From Geosiphon pyriformis uo1 (Eukaryota; Fungi; Glomeromycota): a stretch of DNA of 64,000 nt. Where the stretch lies: the NCBI GenBank assembly GCA_016748015.1, contig JAAOMT010000128.1, positions 1,247,538 to 1,311,537 of the forward strand. Direction: 5' to 3'. Below, piece by piece: positions 35,950 to 47,455 of this stretch (position 1 is the first letter of the stretch; every line of letters starts with the position of its first letter). Under the pieces are notes generated by a model that was not told where the DNA came from, made no database searches, and saw only the letters and a program-made list of their open reading frames with translations. A program made the translations under genes and the position numbers.

Positions 35950-38900
35950 ATGCCAACTAACATTACCGAAGGGGGTAAAGTGACATTAAAAAGCAGGTAA
36001 ATATGGTCATTTATTGTAAATGATCGAAACAATTTTCCAAAGCATTGATTATGTTCTTTTTATGTTTATATTCAATCCAATAACAAAAAATGATGGTTTT
36101 AGTTTCAAAGTATCGAAAACCATTGAAGTTATTTATACTGGTGGAAAAGTTGTTATTTCACCTGATGAACGGCTGTTAATCACAACTGTTGGTGAAGATA
36201 TCGAAGTGACAAATTTTGAGACACGGGAGCGGATTTATCAATTGAAAGGAGTATGGTTTGGGTTGCATTTATGTCAGGATTTTATTGGAGATTCTTGGGA
36301 AAAAGATGATTTTCAAAGGAGATTAAACCTATATTATTATCTGGGAAGGAGCTGATATATAAAAATGGTCTTTATTCTCCGGATCATTACAAATGATGAT
36401 AAATTGAAGCTGCCCGAATGAAAGATAATCAAAATTTGTTTGGGAAAATGATTTTAATTCTTTATGAAAAGAGGATAATAAAACTTTCTCTGAAGGAACA
36501 ACAATGTCACAAAGAATTTTAGTTGTCGCAATTGGAATAAAGATTCTTTTTCGTGATTCATTAGGGATATTTTTCAGATCCAGGCTTTTTTTAAATTAGA
36601 GATTTTCGACATAAAATAAGCCACGATTTATTTATTCCTATTCCATATGTCATCTTCAATTTAGGACACAGAAGTGGTAACAACCTTTGCAATTACAACT
36701 GATAGTAGATATTTAATAAGCGCTAGTCGAAGCTTAGCCTTGAAAATATGGGACCTTACGACGGGAAAGATGATTCGATCTTTCAAGGTATTAAACCTAT
36801 TTCTATATAACTTAATCTCAAGATCATTGATAATCTAACATTTCCTTTCATTTAATGATCTAGGCCCATGAAGCTCCAATATTGGTGATGGATGTAGACA
36901 TAACATCGACCTTAGTCGCCACTGGTTCCGCAGATAGCACTGTAAAAGTATGGGACATTGCACGAGGCTATTGCACTCACAATTTCCGAGGTCATGGAGG
37001 AGTGATTAGCGCATTGAAATTTTATTGGGATCCTAAGAAACCTATATTGGTATCTGGTGCGGATGACTGCAAAATACGAATCTGGAATTTGATGGAGAGC
37101 AGGTAATCATCATTAGTTATATTAATCTATTTTATCTAATTATTTATAAATTATCCCTTTTGCTATCCGTTTAGTTGCATTGGAATATTAGATAGTCACT
37201 TCAGTATAATCCGAGGTTTAGATTTTTCAAATGATGGTCGATATCTATTGAGTGGATCACGAGATAAAGTTGTGATTGTTTGGGATTTGGAAAAAAAATG
37301 TGTGACTAATACATTTCCAATATTTGAGGTTTGTTTAAATCACTATTTGGATTCAGAGATTGTATAAATAAAGAATCTCTTTAATTCTTTCATAATTTTT
37401 AAGACAATTGAAGCTATCGGAGTATTGGAAAAAAAATCTTACACTTTTACCAGTGAAAATGATGAAAGCGAAGAACCAAAAGAGTTGTTTTATACGGCTG
37501 GTGAAAAAGGTAAAATTTATTCATACGATATATTCAAGTCATCTTCTAAAGTTTTACTACCTCAGGAATCATAAGGATATGGGATATGAAGACTGGGAAG
37601 TTGATTATAGCTCAAGACCAAGAAACCAATATAACTCAGAAAATTTCTGATATAATGTGTGTATTTTGCAGAAAATAAATTAGGTTCAAAATTTTCGACA
37701 TCTAACCCTTTTATGAATCCTCTAGCTATACGCGGAAAAGTGGTCGTTTAGTTACCGTTACGTACGATCAAAATATTCTTGTCTACGACATCTCTGCCGG
37801 CCTGAAATGCGTCAAGCATATTATTGGTTACAATGACGAAATAATTGATATCGTATATATCGGTAATGATGAAAGTCATATCGCCATCGCCACAAATACC
37901 GAACAGATACGCGTTTATGATGTTGAGACATTAGGTGGTGATATTATTTATGGGCACGAGGATATTGTATTCTGTTTAGATAAATCACCAGATGGAAAAA
38001 TTCTTGTGTCAGGATCAAAGGATAACACGGCTCGAGTATGGGGTGTAGATTTTGATGAGGATCGAGATAAAAGATTTAAATGTCTGGGTATATGCATTGG
38101 CCATACCGAAGCAATTGGCGCAATTGCAATGTCTAAGAGGTCTTCAAAGTTCTGTATAACTGGTAGTCGTGACCGTACTATAAAGTGTTGGGATTTGAGT
38201 TCATTTAAGGATGGAGGTAAGTATTATATATTAATTATATCCCGTGTCTTCTATCAGTTTAATATTGGACTCATTGCTATTTAGAAAACACCAGATTAAA
38301 AGCCCTTTACACGCATCAGGCGCACGATAAAGATATCAATGCGATTGCGGTATCCCCCAATGATAAACATTTTGCTAGTGGCTCCCAAGATAAAACTGCT
38401 AAAATATGGTCTGTTCAAGATGGATCATTAATAGGTACGTTAAAGGGTCATAAGCGTGGTGTGTGGTCGGTGCAATTTTCTCCAGTAGATCAATCCCTAG
38501 CGACAAGCTCTGGTGATAAGTCGATCAAGATTTGGTCCTTGAACGATTTTTCATGTTTAAAGGTCTGAACTATTAAGGTCCTAAATTTTTTAATCTCTCG
38601 CATGAAGTAAAAAAGTTTAATATCCCTATCTGAACATTAATTTAATTATCAGACATTCGAAGGACACACCAACACGGTATTGAAAGTTAGCTTTATCACA
38701 TCGGGGACACAGATTATATCAAGTGGTTCCGATGGCCTTGTGAAATTGTGGACAATAAAGAGTGAGGAATGTGTGACCACGCTCGATAATCATTCTGAAA
38801 AAATTTGGGCATTGACGGTTCGCAAAGATGAAAAGTTTGTGGTGTCAGGTGGTGCCGATTCTCTCATTAATTTTTGGGAAGATTATACAATTGAGGAGAT

Positions 38901-39876
38901 GGAGGAACAGCTAAAAGAGGAAGAAGAATTAATCTTAAGGTGAGGAAATCATTCTCTTTTTTCAGCAGTATATTGGCTAATTTATCAATATAAATGGTTC
39001 ATTTTTCGATCAGGGAACAAGATTTATCAAACTTCCTTCTACAAAAGGATTACAAGAATGCCATCACGCTGGCAATGACGCTAAAACAACCTTTTCGATT
39101 ATTGAAATTGTTCTCTGAGGTTTTGGCCTCCCGACCTCCAGGTTTTGTCGTCAATGAATTTTAATCTGAACAGTCCTTCTCTCATCCAGTCTAATGAATA
39201 TTTACTGAGAACTTCTTAACTTAATTGCGTCACCAGGCGATAAAAGTATAACTGGTGCTATTGCCATTGACAATATAATTGCTTCACTTGATGACGAACA
39301 ATTGAAGCAATTACTAGGGTACATTCGCGATTGGAATACCAATGCGAAACATTTGCGAACCGCACAAACAATCTTAAACACCATCCTCAATTTCTACCCT
39401 GCGGCAAAATTATCCAAAATAAAAGGAATCAAAGAAGTATTTAATCAAAATTGAAATGTGGTCTCATCATTTGTTTCTTTGGTTTCAAAATGAAATAATC
39501 AAAAATTCACTTTAAAAAGATTTTAGATGGATTAATTCCCTACAGTGAACGTCATTTTCAACGGCTTGACTCTTTAATCACCGATTCGTTCATATTAGAT
39601 TATACACTACAAGCAATGGATTTGTGGAATCCCACAGCAACGCCTGCATTGGTGACAGATGCTTCGACCGCAATTATCAATCCGAAAAACATGAATCAAG
39701 ATATAAAGCATGAAGAAAAGATTCAAGTTGATGAAGAGATTCCATATGTAGATAATCAAGAGGAAAGTCAATCAGAGGAAGAAATGCATGACTCCGAAGA
39801 TGAAGTAAAAGAGGAAATTGATAAGATGAAAGAAAATGACATGTCAATAAATTCATCTGAATCATGTTCTGAATGA
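35950..39876 (+). CDS. UTP13: U3 snoRNP/SSU processome WD40 protein Utp13 (TBL3), multi-exon
   Basis: [68 protein letters not shown]-terminal Utp13 domain [26 protein letters not shown]. Confidence 0.95.
36389..36497 (+). ncRNA. Candidate intronic box C/D snoRNA
   Basis: Box C ATGATGA at 36393-36399, possible D' CCGA/ATGA at 36414-36421 and box D CTGA at 36490-36493, inside the one unusually long (414 nt) UTP13 intron. No rRNA target identified. Confidence 0.3.
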
Positions 39877-40095
39877 AAAGTAAAAAATTTCTAAAATCCA
39901 ACTATTTAAAAAAAAAAAGCTATACAGAAGATGATTGGCACCATTGTCTCAACGAAACAACTACATTTAGTAGACTACTTCCATAAAGTCGGATAATATG
40001 GTTCTTTTGTATTAAAAAAATGTATATTGATGATCTAATCAATGAACAGAATACCAGATGATTTTACAGCCTAGGAAAAAATTCTATATCAAAGC

Positions 40096-41235
40096 TTAGA
40101 TCCAAACCACCACATTATCCATTTCGCCATATCCATTCTCAATCCATCGCTTTTTTTCCTCCTCAAAAAACTTTTTTATCTCCTGCTTGCTATACCTCAA
40201 CGAAAAATGTACCAATATAAAAATTGTACCAGGGAAATGTTGCACCACATATTTTAACTCATGCCACCTTGTATGCTTTGTACGCTCAGCATTCTCTCTA
40301 TGTTCATCCTCTAGGAAAGTGCACTCCGTAATCACTATTGGCATGTTTTTCCATTGCCGTTTTTGGAGTGAGGACTCTGATCCTGAATTCTCCTTAGAAT
40401 GATCTTTAGGTGTATCAACTAAATTAGTGTTTTTAGATGACCTCTCATCAATTATTGATTTATCAACTTCTTGGTCCGAAGGAAAATCTACTTCGAAAAT
40501 ACTTGCAGTTGTATCAAGACAATAAGCAAATAAAGGGAACAAATACTCCTCATCAATAATGTGGTGATTTTTTTTAAGATCAGATATTTCTTTACCAGTT
40601 AGATTTGCGTATTTGGGGTTTAACCGTTTCCGTTTAGAATGGATCAAGTATCCGACACATGGAATTGAATGGTCCAAGCCCAATACGTGTACTTCATATC
40701 CCTCCTTAAAATCACCGTCATTTTTCCCCTTTTCCGATTGGACTTGTTTACTCGTAATACCATTTGCCCTAATGTTAATCTTATCTCCATCATTAACTCC
40801 CAAGTATATACATCTCTCATTATCTTCAATAATTCGTCCGCACCAGGACAACGCTTGTTCTGTTTTAAGATACTGTTCCATCAACACGCGGGCTTTCTCG
40901 GGCAATACCAAAGTGGGAGGAGAATGACGTGATAAGTATTTCGTGATCAAACTACAATGATCACTGTGTGTATGAGTGATGAATATGTGTGCCGGGATTG
41001 TGTTGTGAACTTTTAACCCACTATCAAAAAGAAATTTTAATTCTGGAATGTAGAAAGCGGTTTCACTTGCTGCACGGGATGCGCCAATCAGAGTTAATTT
41101 AGGCAATGAGATATTGTTTAGAGAAACAGCGGGGAAAGACCATTTTAGAATTTGAGTGGCGGCTGATAGTGTGTATAGATCAACCGGTTCAAGTATCGAT
41201 GAAGATTTATCTGAAGATATTAGTGATGTTGTCAT
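40096..41235 (-). CDS. Short-form, TM-type tRNase Z-like metallo-beta-lactamase-fold nuclease, intronless
   Basis: GASRAASETAFYIPEL..FDSG, ITHTHSDH (HxHxDH), HSIPCVGY, short arm KRLNPKYANLTGKEISDLK, AYCLDT, ITECTFL, HTRW, LVHFSLRY. Confidence 0.85.
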   Translation of the reverse strand: MTTSLISSDKSSSILEPVDLYTLSAATQILKWSFPAVSLNNISLPKLTLIGASRAASETAFYIPELKFLFDSGLKVHNTIPAHIFITHTHSDHCSLITKYLSRHSPPTLVLPEKARVLMEQYLKTEQALSWCGRIIEDNERCIYLGVNDGDKINIRANGITSKQVQSEKGKNDGDFKEGYEVHVLGLDHSIPCVGYLIHSKRKRLNPKYANLTGKEISDLKKNHHIIDEEYLFPLFAYCLDTTASIFEVDFPSDQEVDKSIIDERSSKNTNLVDTPKDHSKENSGSESSLQKRQWKNMPIVITECTFLEDEHRENAERTKHTRWHELKYVVQHFPGTIFILVHFSLRYSKQEIKKFFEEEKKRWIENGYGEMDNVVVWI

Positions 41236-42115
41236 TTGAGTTTTCTAATGATTAAAGGTGATTGTTGCCAATTTAACTTCCTTTGATATTAAAGATTCAA
41301 ATTTATTAATTAATTAATTAAATTCAAATAAAAGATTGAACCACAATTTAAATACTTTTTTAATATAACTGCGTGCAATTAACATAGATTTGTGATTATA
41401 AAGGCCAACTTTACCATTTCGTGACCAGGGGATTGTGTGTACATGATGTACAAAATGAACATTGTTCATGCTTAATTTAAGAGTCTTTACGTTTTTTACA
41501 CTCCAGTCATAGTTTTTTTAACTACGCCAAAGCAGCATAAAAATTATAAATTCGTAGAACCGAAAAAATCTTGGCACATTTAGAAAATTAAGGAAATGAT
41601 TAGAAATTTCAGTACTGCGCTAAATGCTCGAATATTTTGGAAATTTCAAAATAGAATTTTTCACCTTTACCTGATGAAAAAATGAAATAAATGATTTTTA
41701 CTGTCAGAATTTCTAATCTTGATAAAATTATGAAATTTTTTTTTAATCACCTTGTCTTAAACTTAAGCTCGTTTCTTAGCTGGAAATTTCTTTTAAAGAA
41801 ATTACCATGAAAAATAAAAAAATTCCAGGGTGGAAAAACTGGGAATTGGGTAATAGGAGAAAAAAGATAATAAAAAATTGGTATAAGATTGATGATTAAT
41901 GGTTTTAATTGTAATTTTTACTTAAAAACAAATATTGCAATTTCTATTCATTTTTAAATTATATAAAATTTTTAAATAAGATTAAAAAATTAAATTTATT
42001 TCATATTATAAGCAACGAGTATAACAATAAATAATTGTACATTCTTTAAATTATTTAATATATAATTAATATAATTAAATTATTAAAATCTTATGGCTAA
42101 TAATAATAAATAATA

Positions 42116-43229
42116 CGACAGAGTGAAATCTGAGATAACCAATAGTAAAATCTGCGCGTTATGTAAAACCTGCAATAAATAGACATTTTTTAAGAGCAAT
42201 GGCACCTTTTGAGGGCAGACCCAATTGAAAGTACTATAAAGTCGACCAAACTAAGTGGCACAACTTTGAATGGAAAATTCAAACGAGTAATACTGTTATT
42301 ACTGAGGTCCTTCTTCAGTACATATAACGGTCAGTTTTTATTGCAAAAAACATAAATCTTTCCATAGATGACAAAATTTATTGTATAACCACTTTTGAGC
42401 AGAGGACGCGAACTTCCAATTGCCCTTGCCCTTGCCCTTGCTTTGTAGATTTTTTTGCAACCCATTGTATTGATACCAGCAAGAATTCTTAATATTTTCG
42501 AAACGAACATCGGCAATATGATGGATGCCATTACAAAAAGAAACTCCCATGAGGTGATATCTATATTAAAAATTAATAAATAAATACAATAAGTGATAAA
42601 CTTAATTCAAATTTACCTTTGTTTTGTAATTTGATTTCCTTTAGGAAAATTGATTTCTTTCAGTAAATTTTTGTTCTGAAGAGATGTCTTTTCATTAATA
42701 GTGCTAATTCCCGTAACATTGATGGCAAGGATTAGAGGCAGTTGCTGGTCGATTTGTCTTTTTGATACGGTATCACCTGTGCATTGGTAAAAATACCTAA
42801 GAAAAGGTTAGAATGCAAAGCGAAAATAGAGGAAAAAATATAGACACTTTACTCAAGCTTTCCAGTCTCCAATGATACGCATTTTTCAGTCATATAAGCA
42901 TTTGTGGGAACGTTTTTTGGAGCCTCTCTGTCTGTCGATTTGAATTCTAATCTGCACGCAATAACATAAGGATTTTGCTAGTGTTCAAGGCAAGACTCGA
43001 AATAATCGTTTCCTGATAATACCAGAACCTGCGATTTTCTACAAATTAAATTATGTGCATTAATATAAATATATCGAACGAACATGACGATAGACTGTTT
43101 TTCATATTTATCGCAGATTTCACAGGTTTTTACCCTATTGCAGATTTTACCCAATCTATTGCAGGTTTTACATTACGTGACTGATCATCGCAGATTTTAC
43201 TATTGGTTATCTCAGATTTCACCCTGTCG
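42116..43229. mobile_element. Non-autonomous TIR DNA transposon (1.1 kb)
   Basis: TIR CGACAG(A/G)GTGAAATCTGAGATAACCAATAGTAAAATCTGCG at both ends (41/42 identical), extended after an indel. Subterminal AAA(T/C)CTG repeats. TA (or TAA) TSD inside a (TAA)n run. Confidence 0.9.
42331..43038 (-). pseudogene. Spliced C-terminal fragment of a USP/C19-like cysteine protease inside the TIR element
   Basis: Exons ~43038-42853, 42796-42617 and 42560-42331 give ..ACRL..YQCTGD..QLPLILAINV..EINFP..RYHLMGVSFCNGIHHIADV..WYQYNGL..GYTINFVIYGK. One stop and one frameshift. Confidence 0.65.
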
Positions 43230-43651
43230 TATAATAATAATAATAATAATAATTTATTTGGTAATTTAATATTAAAAGCTAGTCAAAGATGATAAGTGTT
43301 TTAACCCATTTATAAAAATCAGTAAAATCTTCAATCCAAGTTGAACGGTTCAAGTTTCATGTTTACCCTATTAATTATAATAATTAATCCAAGGATGAGG
43401 CTTGTCTAAAAACACATGCTTTATGAAGCCAATTTGGATTGAAAATAAACAAATTCTAGTTTACAAATGGTGTTAAACTCTGATCAGAATGTCTTTTTAA
43501 GATTGATATCAGAGTAAACTAATAATAATTGCCAGCTATAGAGTCCTTCTAGTTTCTCAAAATTAGAGTTTTAGTTAATTGATCCAAGCTTGCAATTTTT
43601 CGAATTGTATAATTGCTGATTAGCAGAAGAAAACTAAGCAATGGTATAAGG

Positions 43652-45094
43652 CTATTCACTCAAATCACTGTCATAACAAGGATCAACAAGCCAGGATTTG
43701 ATCAAGGCTCCGCTCTGGCGATCAATGGCAGGGGTATTTTTATCGCCGCCCTCTTTAGATTCCGATTCAAGATCTGCGTTGTTACTAACAAGTTCTTTAG
43801 TTTCCGTATTTAAATCGACAATATTTGGACCACCACGTCTTCTTGCAGCTTCGAGAGAATCGTTGGAAACAATATTAAAAAAGTTATTATCAACAATGTA
43901 ACGCAGGCTTTGTAAAAGGATGTTGCGCTCCTTCTTGATATCTTTATCAAGTAGCATTTTTAATAGATTTCCAGAGCGTGGGACTGGTAGATTCATATTA
44001 GGTGAACTTTGCTGATAATCAGGATTGGTCGATTTTACAGTAAGCCGATGACTATATGAGCAAGCATCTCCTCTGAAGCAATCGCCAGTTCGAAAGTATC
44101 GGCAAATTTTCTTATATTTAGTTCGAGATATGGAAGGCGATGAATTCTCTTCGACTTTTGTCTTATCAAGAGTCATATTTCTTGCCAATTCAGTCCTCAT
44201 CAAACTCTCTGTACTAATAGGCGCTGCAGCTTCAGCCGCTGCCAAAATGTCTGTCGGGGATGTATTCAAAGTAGACAAATTATCATGTTGATTGAATTTC
44301 AATTTCTTTCCAAAATAACCCGATCTGTCTTTTCTATGATAATCTCTAGGTCTTTTATTTAATCTATTATCAGATTTAGAAATGACCTCACCACGGGCAA
44401 TTCGTGCTTCCTCCGCCTTACGCTTTTTTTCTATATTTGCATCAGTTGGATAATTCTTCTTCCTTTCGGCAATCCATTCTTGAATTTCTTCAGGGCTCTC
44501 AAGCTTAATTTTTATTATCGGTGATATTGATGGTTCTTCATATCCGTATCTTTTTGGGTATACAGTTTTGTGGTGTCCAATCAATGGAGCAAATGCCTGG
44601 TCTCGATGCACAAACTTAGGGTAGTGGTGAACACGTGGATCTGATGCTTTATAATAATGATTTGGTCCTTTTTTGTAATTGTTTGCATGATTTATTAGTT
44701 CATTTCCAGGCGATCTATTGTGGGGGTCACGCCCTAAAGCCTTAGGGGATTCATTTGCTTCAGAACTTCCTTTTGTTTTTAGTTTAGGTGTCGATCTTAG
44801 AGCAGTTAATGCTGCCTCTGCAGCCACAGCACCGCGAGCTATTGATTGGTTATAAGCAAGAGAATATTCCGAAAATGGTCCAGGTAGTCTCGTTTGAAAG
44901 GGGGGAGGGAACCTTGGTGGTATACACCTGTTTTGCTCGTAAGAGGGAGCGGGGTAGGTCGGCAAGGAACTATTATGATTCAAGTTGGAGGAAGTAGAAG
45001 CAAATGGTTGAGTGGGATTTGGCGGGGTACCTGGAATATACCCTGTGCGATTAGTGCTAGAAACATATGCAGCAGAAAAATTGTTCTGCTTCAT
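43652..45094 (-). CDS. RSA1: Box C/D snoRNP assembly factor Rsa1/NUFIP1-like protein with CCCH finger
   Basis: IKLESPEEIQEWIAERKKNYPT (NUFIP1 motif), CRYFRTGDCFRGDACSYSH, LLKMLL..ERNILLQSLRYIVDNNFF. Confidence 0.88.
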   Translation of the reverse strand: MKQNNFSAAYVSSTNRTGYIPGTPPNPTQPFASTSSNLNHNSSLPTYPAPSYEQNRCIPPRFPPPFQTRLPGPFSEYSLAYNQSIARGAVAAEAALTALRSTPKLKTKGSSEANESPKALGRDPHNRSPGNELINHANNYKKGPNHYYKASDPRVHHYPKFVHRDQAFAPLIGHHKTVYPKRYGYEEPSISPIIKIKLESPEEIQEWIAERKKNYPTDANIEKKRKAEEARIARGEVISKSDNRLNKRPRDYHRKDRSGYFGKKLKFNQHDNLSTLNTSPTDILAAAEAAAPISTESLMRTELARNMTLDKTKVEENSSPSISRTKYKKICRYFRTGDCFRGDACSYSHRLTVKSTNPDYQQSSPNMNLPVPRSGNLLKMLLDKDIKKERNILLQSLRYIVDNNFFNIVSNDSLEAARRRGGPNIVDLNTETKELVSNNADLESESKEGGDKNTPAIDRQSGALIKSWLVDPCYDSDLSE

Positions 45095-45719
45095 CGAATT
45101 GGTATATATCTATGGGCGACTATTGATTATTTGAATTTCCAACTTAAAAATGCATGAAATTTTTTGTGAAAGATGACTCAGAATTATTTGTTTTAAAAAC
45201 ATGTGGAAACCATTGACCAATAATATTCTTCGCAGCATATAAATCCATAATGAGTTTTCCGATGGCTTCTGACAGTAACAGGTATGCTATTGAACATGAA
45301 AACGGGTATTGAGATTATTTTTAACACAGGACAGCTTGGGGTTTTAAAATTGACTCTTTGTTTATTTAATATGTACATGCCAATATATACATACGAATAT
45401 AGATTTGCTCTTTGTATCCTATACATTTTCGTGCAATTGACACTGATAAGGCCAGACATTTAAACAGTCTCGACCAATTTCTTTATAGTGTACAAATGTC
45501 TACTCAACTCGTTAAAAAAACAAAGCGCACCACTATAAGCGATGCGCCAGAATTGGTATCAGCTGCCCAACAATAACAAAATTCTTTAAGAAAAGATTTT
45601 TGGATTAACATGCTACTTTTTTCAAATTAATTCCGCTTTTGAATACTTAAGCGGAAATTAATTTTGAAAAAAGTATTTCCGAATGATGCGGCAAAGACAT
45701 ACAGATACTAATCTCCTAT

Positions 45720-46260
45720 ATAAATGTCATGTTTTTTTGTGTAGAGCAAATGAGACACTCTAACAGAAATTTTGATTAAAGAGAAAGGTGAACAGTTTGC
45801 AAACCTCTTTGGATTGTCTGAAAAGAATTTAAAGTTTAACAATGGTTGGATTGCTAAATTTAAAGCTCGAAATGAGCTTTGCTTAATCAAACTATATGGC
45901 AAGACTGCTAATCCACCAATTGAAACTTTACCTGAAAAAATATTAAAGTTGCAAGGTATTTGTCATATTATGTTAAAGAATATATTTTCAATGCAAATGA
46001 AACTGGATTATTTTCCAATCAAATATTGGCTAAACGAAATCGTGTTCAATATAAAATTGTAAGTATTGCATGTTTTTTGCTTGGATTGTTATTTTATTTT
46101 ATTTTTAATCTATTTTTTGTATTAGAACAAATTTCATTTCATTATTTTTCTTGCAGAAAATACTGCTGGTATAAAAAAACCAAACCACTTGTAATTAAGC
46201 ATGCAAAGACTTTTTATTGCTTTAAAAGCATAAATAAAAAGATTTCATTCAGCAACATTA
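45720..46260 (+). pseudogene. pogo/Tigger (CENP-B-like) transposase relic
   Basis: LIKEKG..FANLFG..LKFNNGWIAKFKARN (HTH), IFNANETGLF (FNxDETG) and KTKPLVI. Frameshifted; no TIRs found. Confidence 0.8.
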
Positions 46261-47455
46261 TATTTTATTATTAGTTAACAATGCTTTCTTTTTATATATA
46301 AAAAAAAACAAGTTATTGAAATTGAATCAACAATTTCAACTATAAATAGAATATCAAATAATAATAAAGAAGAATTAAGTAATACTAAACTTAAAAAATC
46401 TGTCAATATTTAATGCAAAAAATTTAAAACAAGAATTTTTATAAAAAAACATTTTAATTCATTAATATTAGAATTTTTTTTTTTGTCAAATATAATTAAA
46501 GTTTTAAATTAAAATATCAATAATATTACTATTATTATTTATTAATTAATTTAATTTAATTTAATTTAAATAAAATATTAATATTAATATTAATAAATAT
46601 TTTTTATATAATATTTTATTTAATTATATATTATGTTTAAAAGCAAAAATTAATAATAAATAAACAATTGATTATATTATTAAATCATAAAATAAAATTA
46701 CTTAAAGCACTATTAAAGTTTTTTAAACTATAATAATTTTATTATTAATTGTAATTAAAATTAAATTAAAAAATAATAATTTATATTTGAAAAATATAAA
46801 ATTGATAAAATGTGTCTCATTGATACAAAAGTTGTAACTGGCATAGATTTGTTTCATTTTTAATTGATCGAACAAACCTTTATTTACATTTTTTGTCTTT
46901 TGAATACTATTGTTACATTCTAATTCGCTATTGAAGATAAAGCTCTTAGACAAATAATGCTTTGTTATTCTCGAAAACTGTGTCTTATCACATTAAATAA
47001 ACAAACTTTTAGCGTTAGCTTGAGATATAAATACATTTTAGTAAAAACGGCGGCTTTTCCTTTTCGACTAAAAGCCTCAAATAACAACTCTCAAAACCAG
47101 TACGTTGCCACTCTGATTTGATAAGCCAAACTGAATAGAGTATTCGATAGTTAAAACATTTTTACAAGAGGCAGAAGAGATTACAATTTCTAGTTAGAAA
47201 CATACCTCTTTCGGTCAAATTAAGACGGTAGAGTGGGTTGGCTTAGGTTTCTCAAGTATTGATATTTTTCCTTTTGTGTCCCAATATCAAATATTTTGTA
47301 TAAATTAATTCTTTGTATTAAAGGTTGAACAGGAAGTAAACTCTTTACTTTTTGTTGATTTATTTCTTCGAGATTAAAAATATTCAAGTATTGAAAGTCA
47401 AAGAACTTTGCACGACTATTACTACCTTTCTTGAATATTTCCAAACTTTTGTAAA

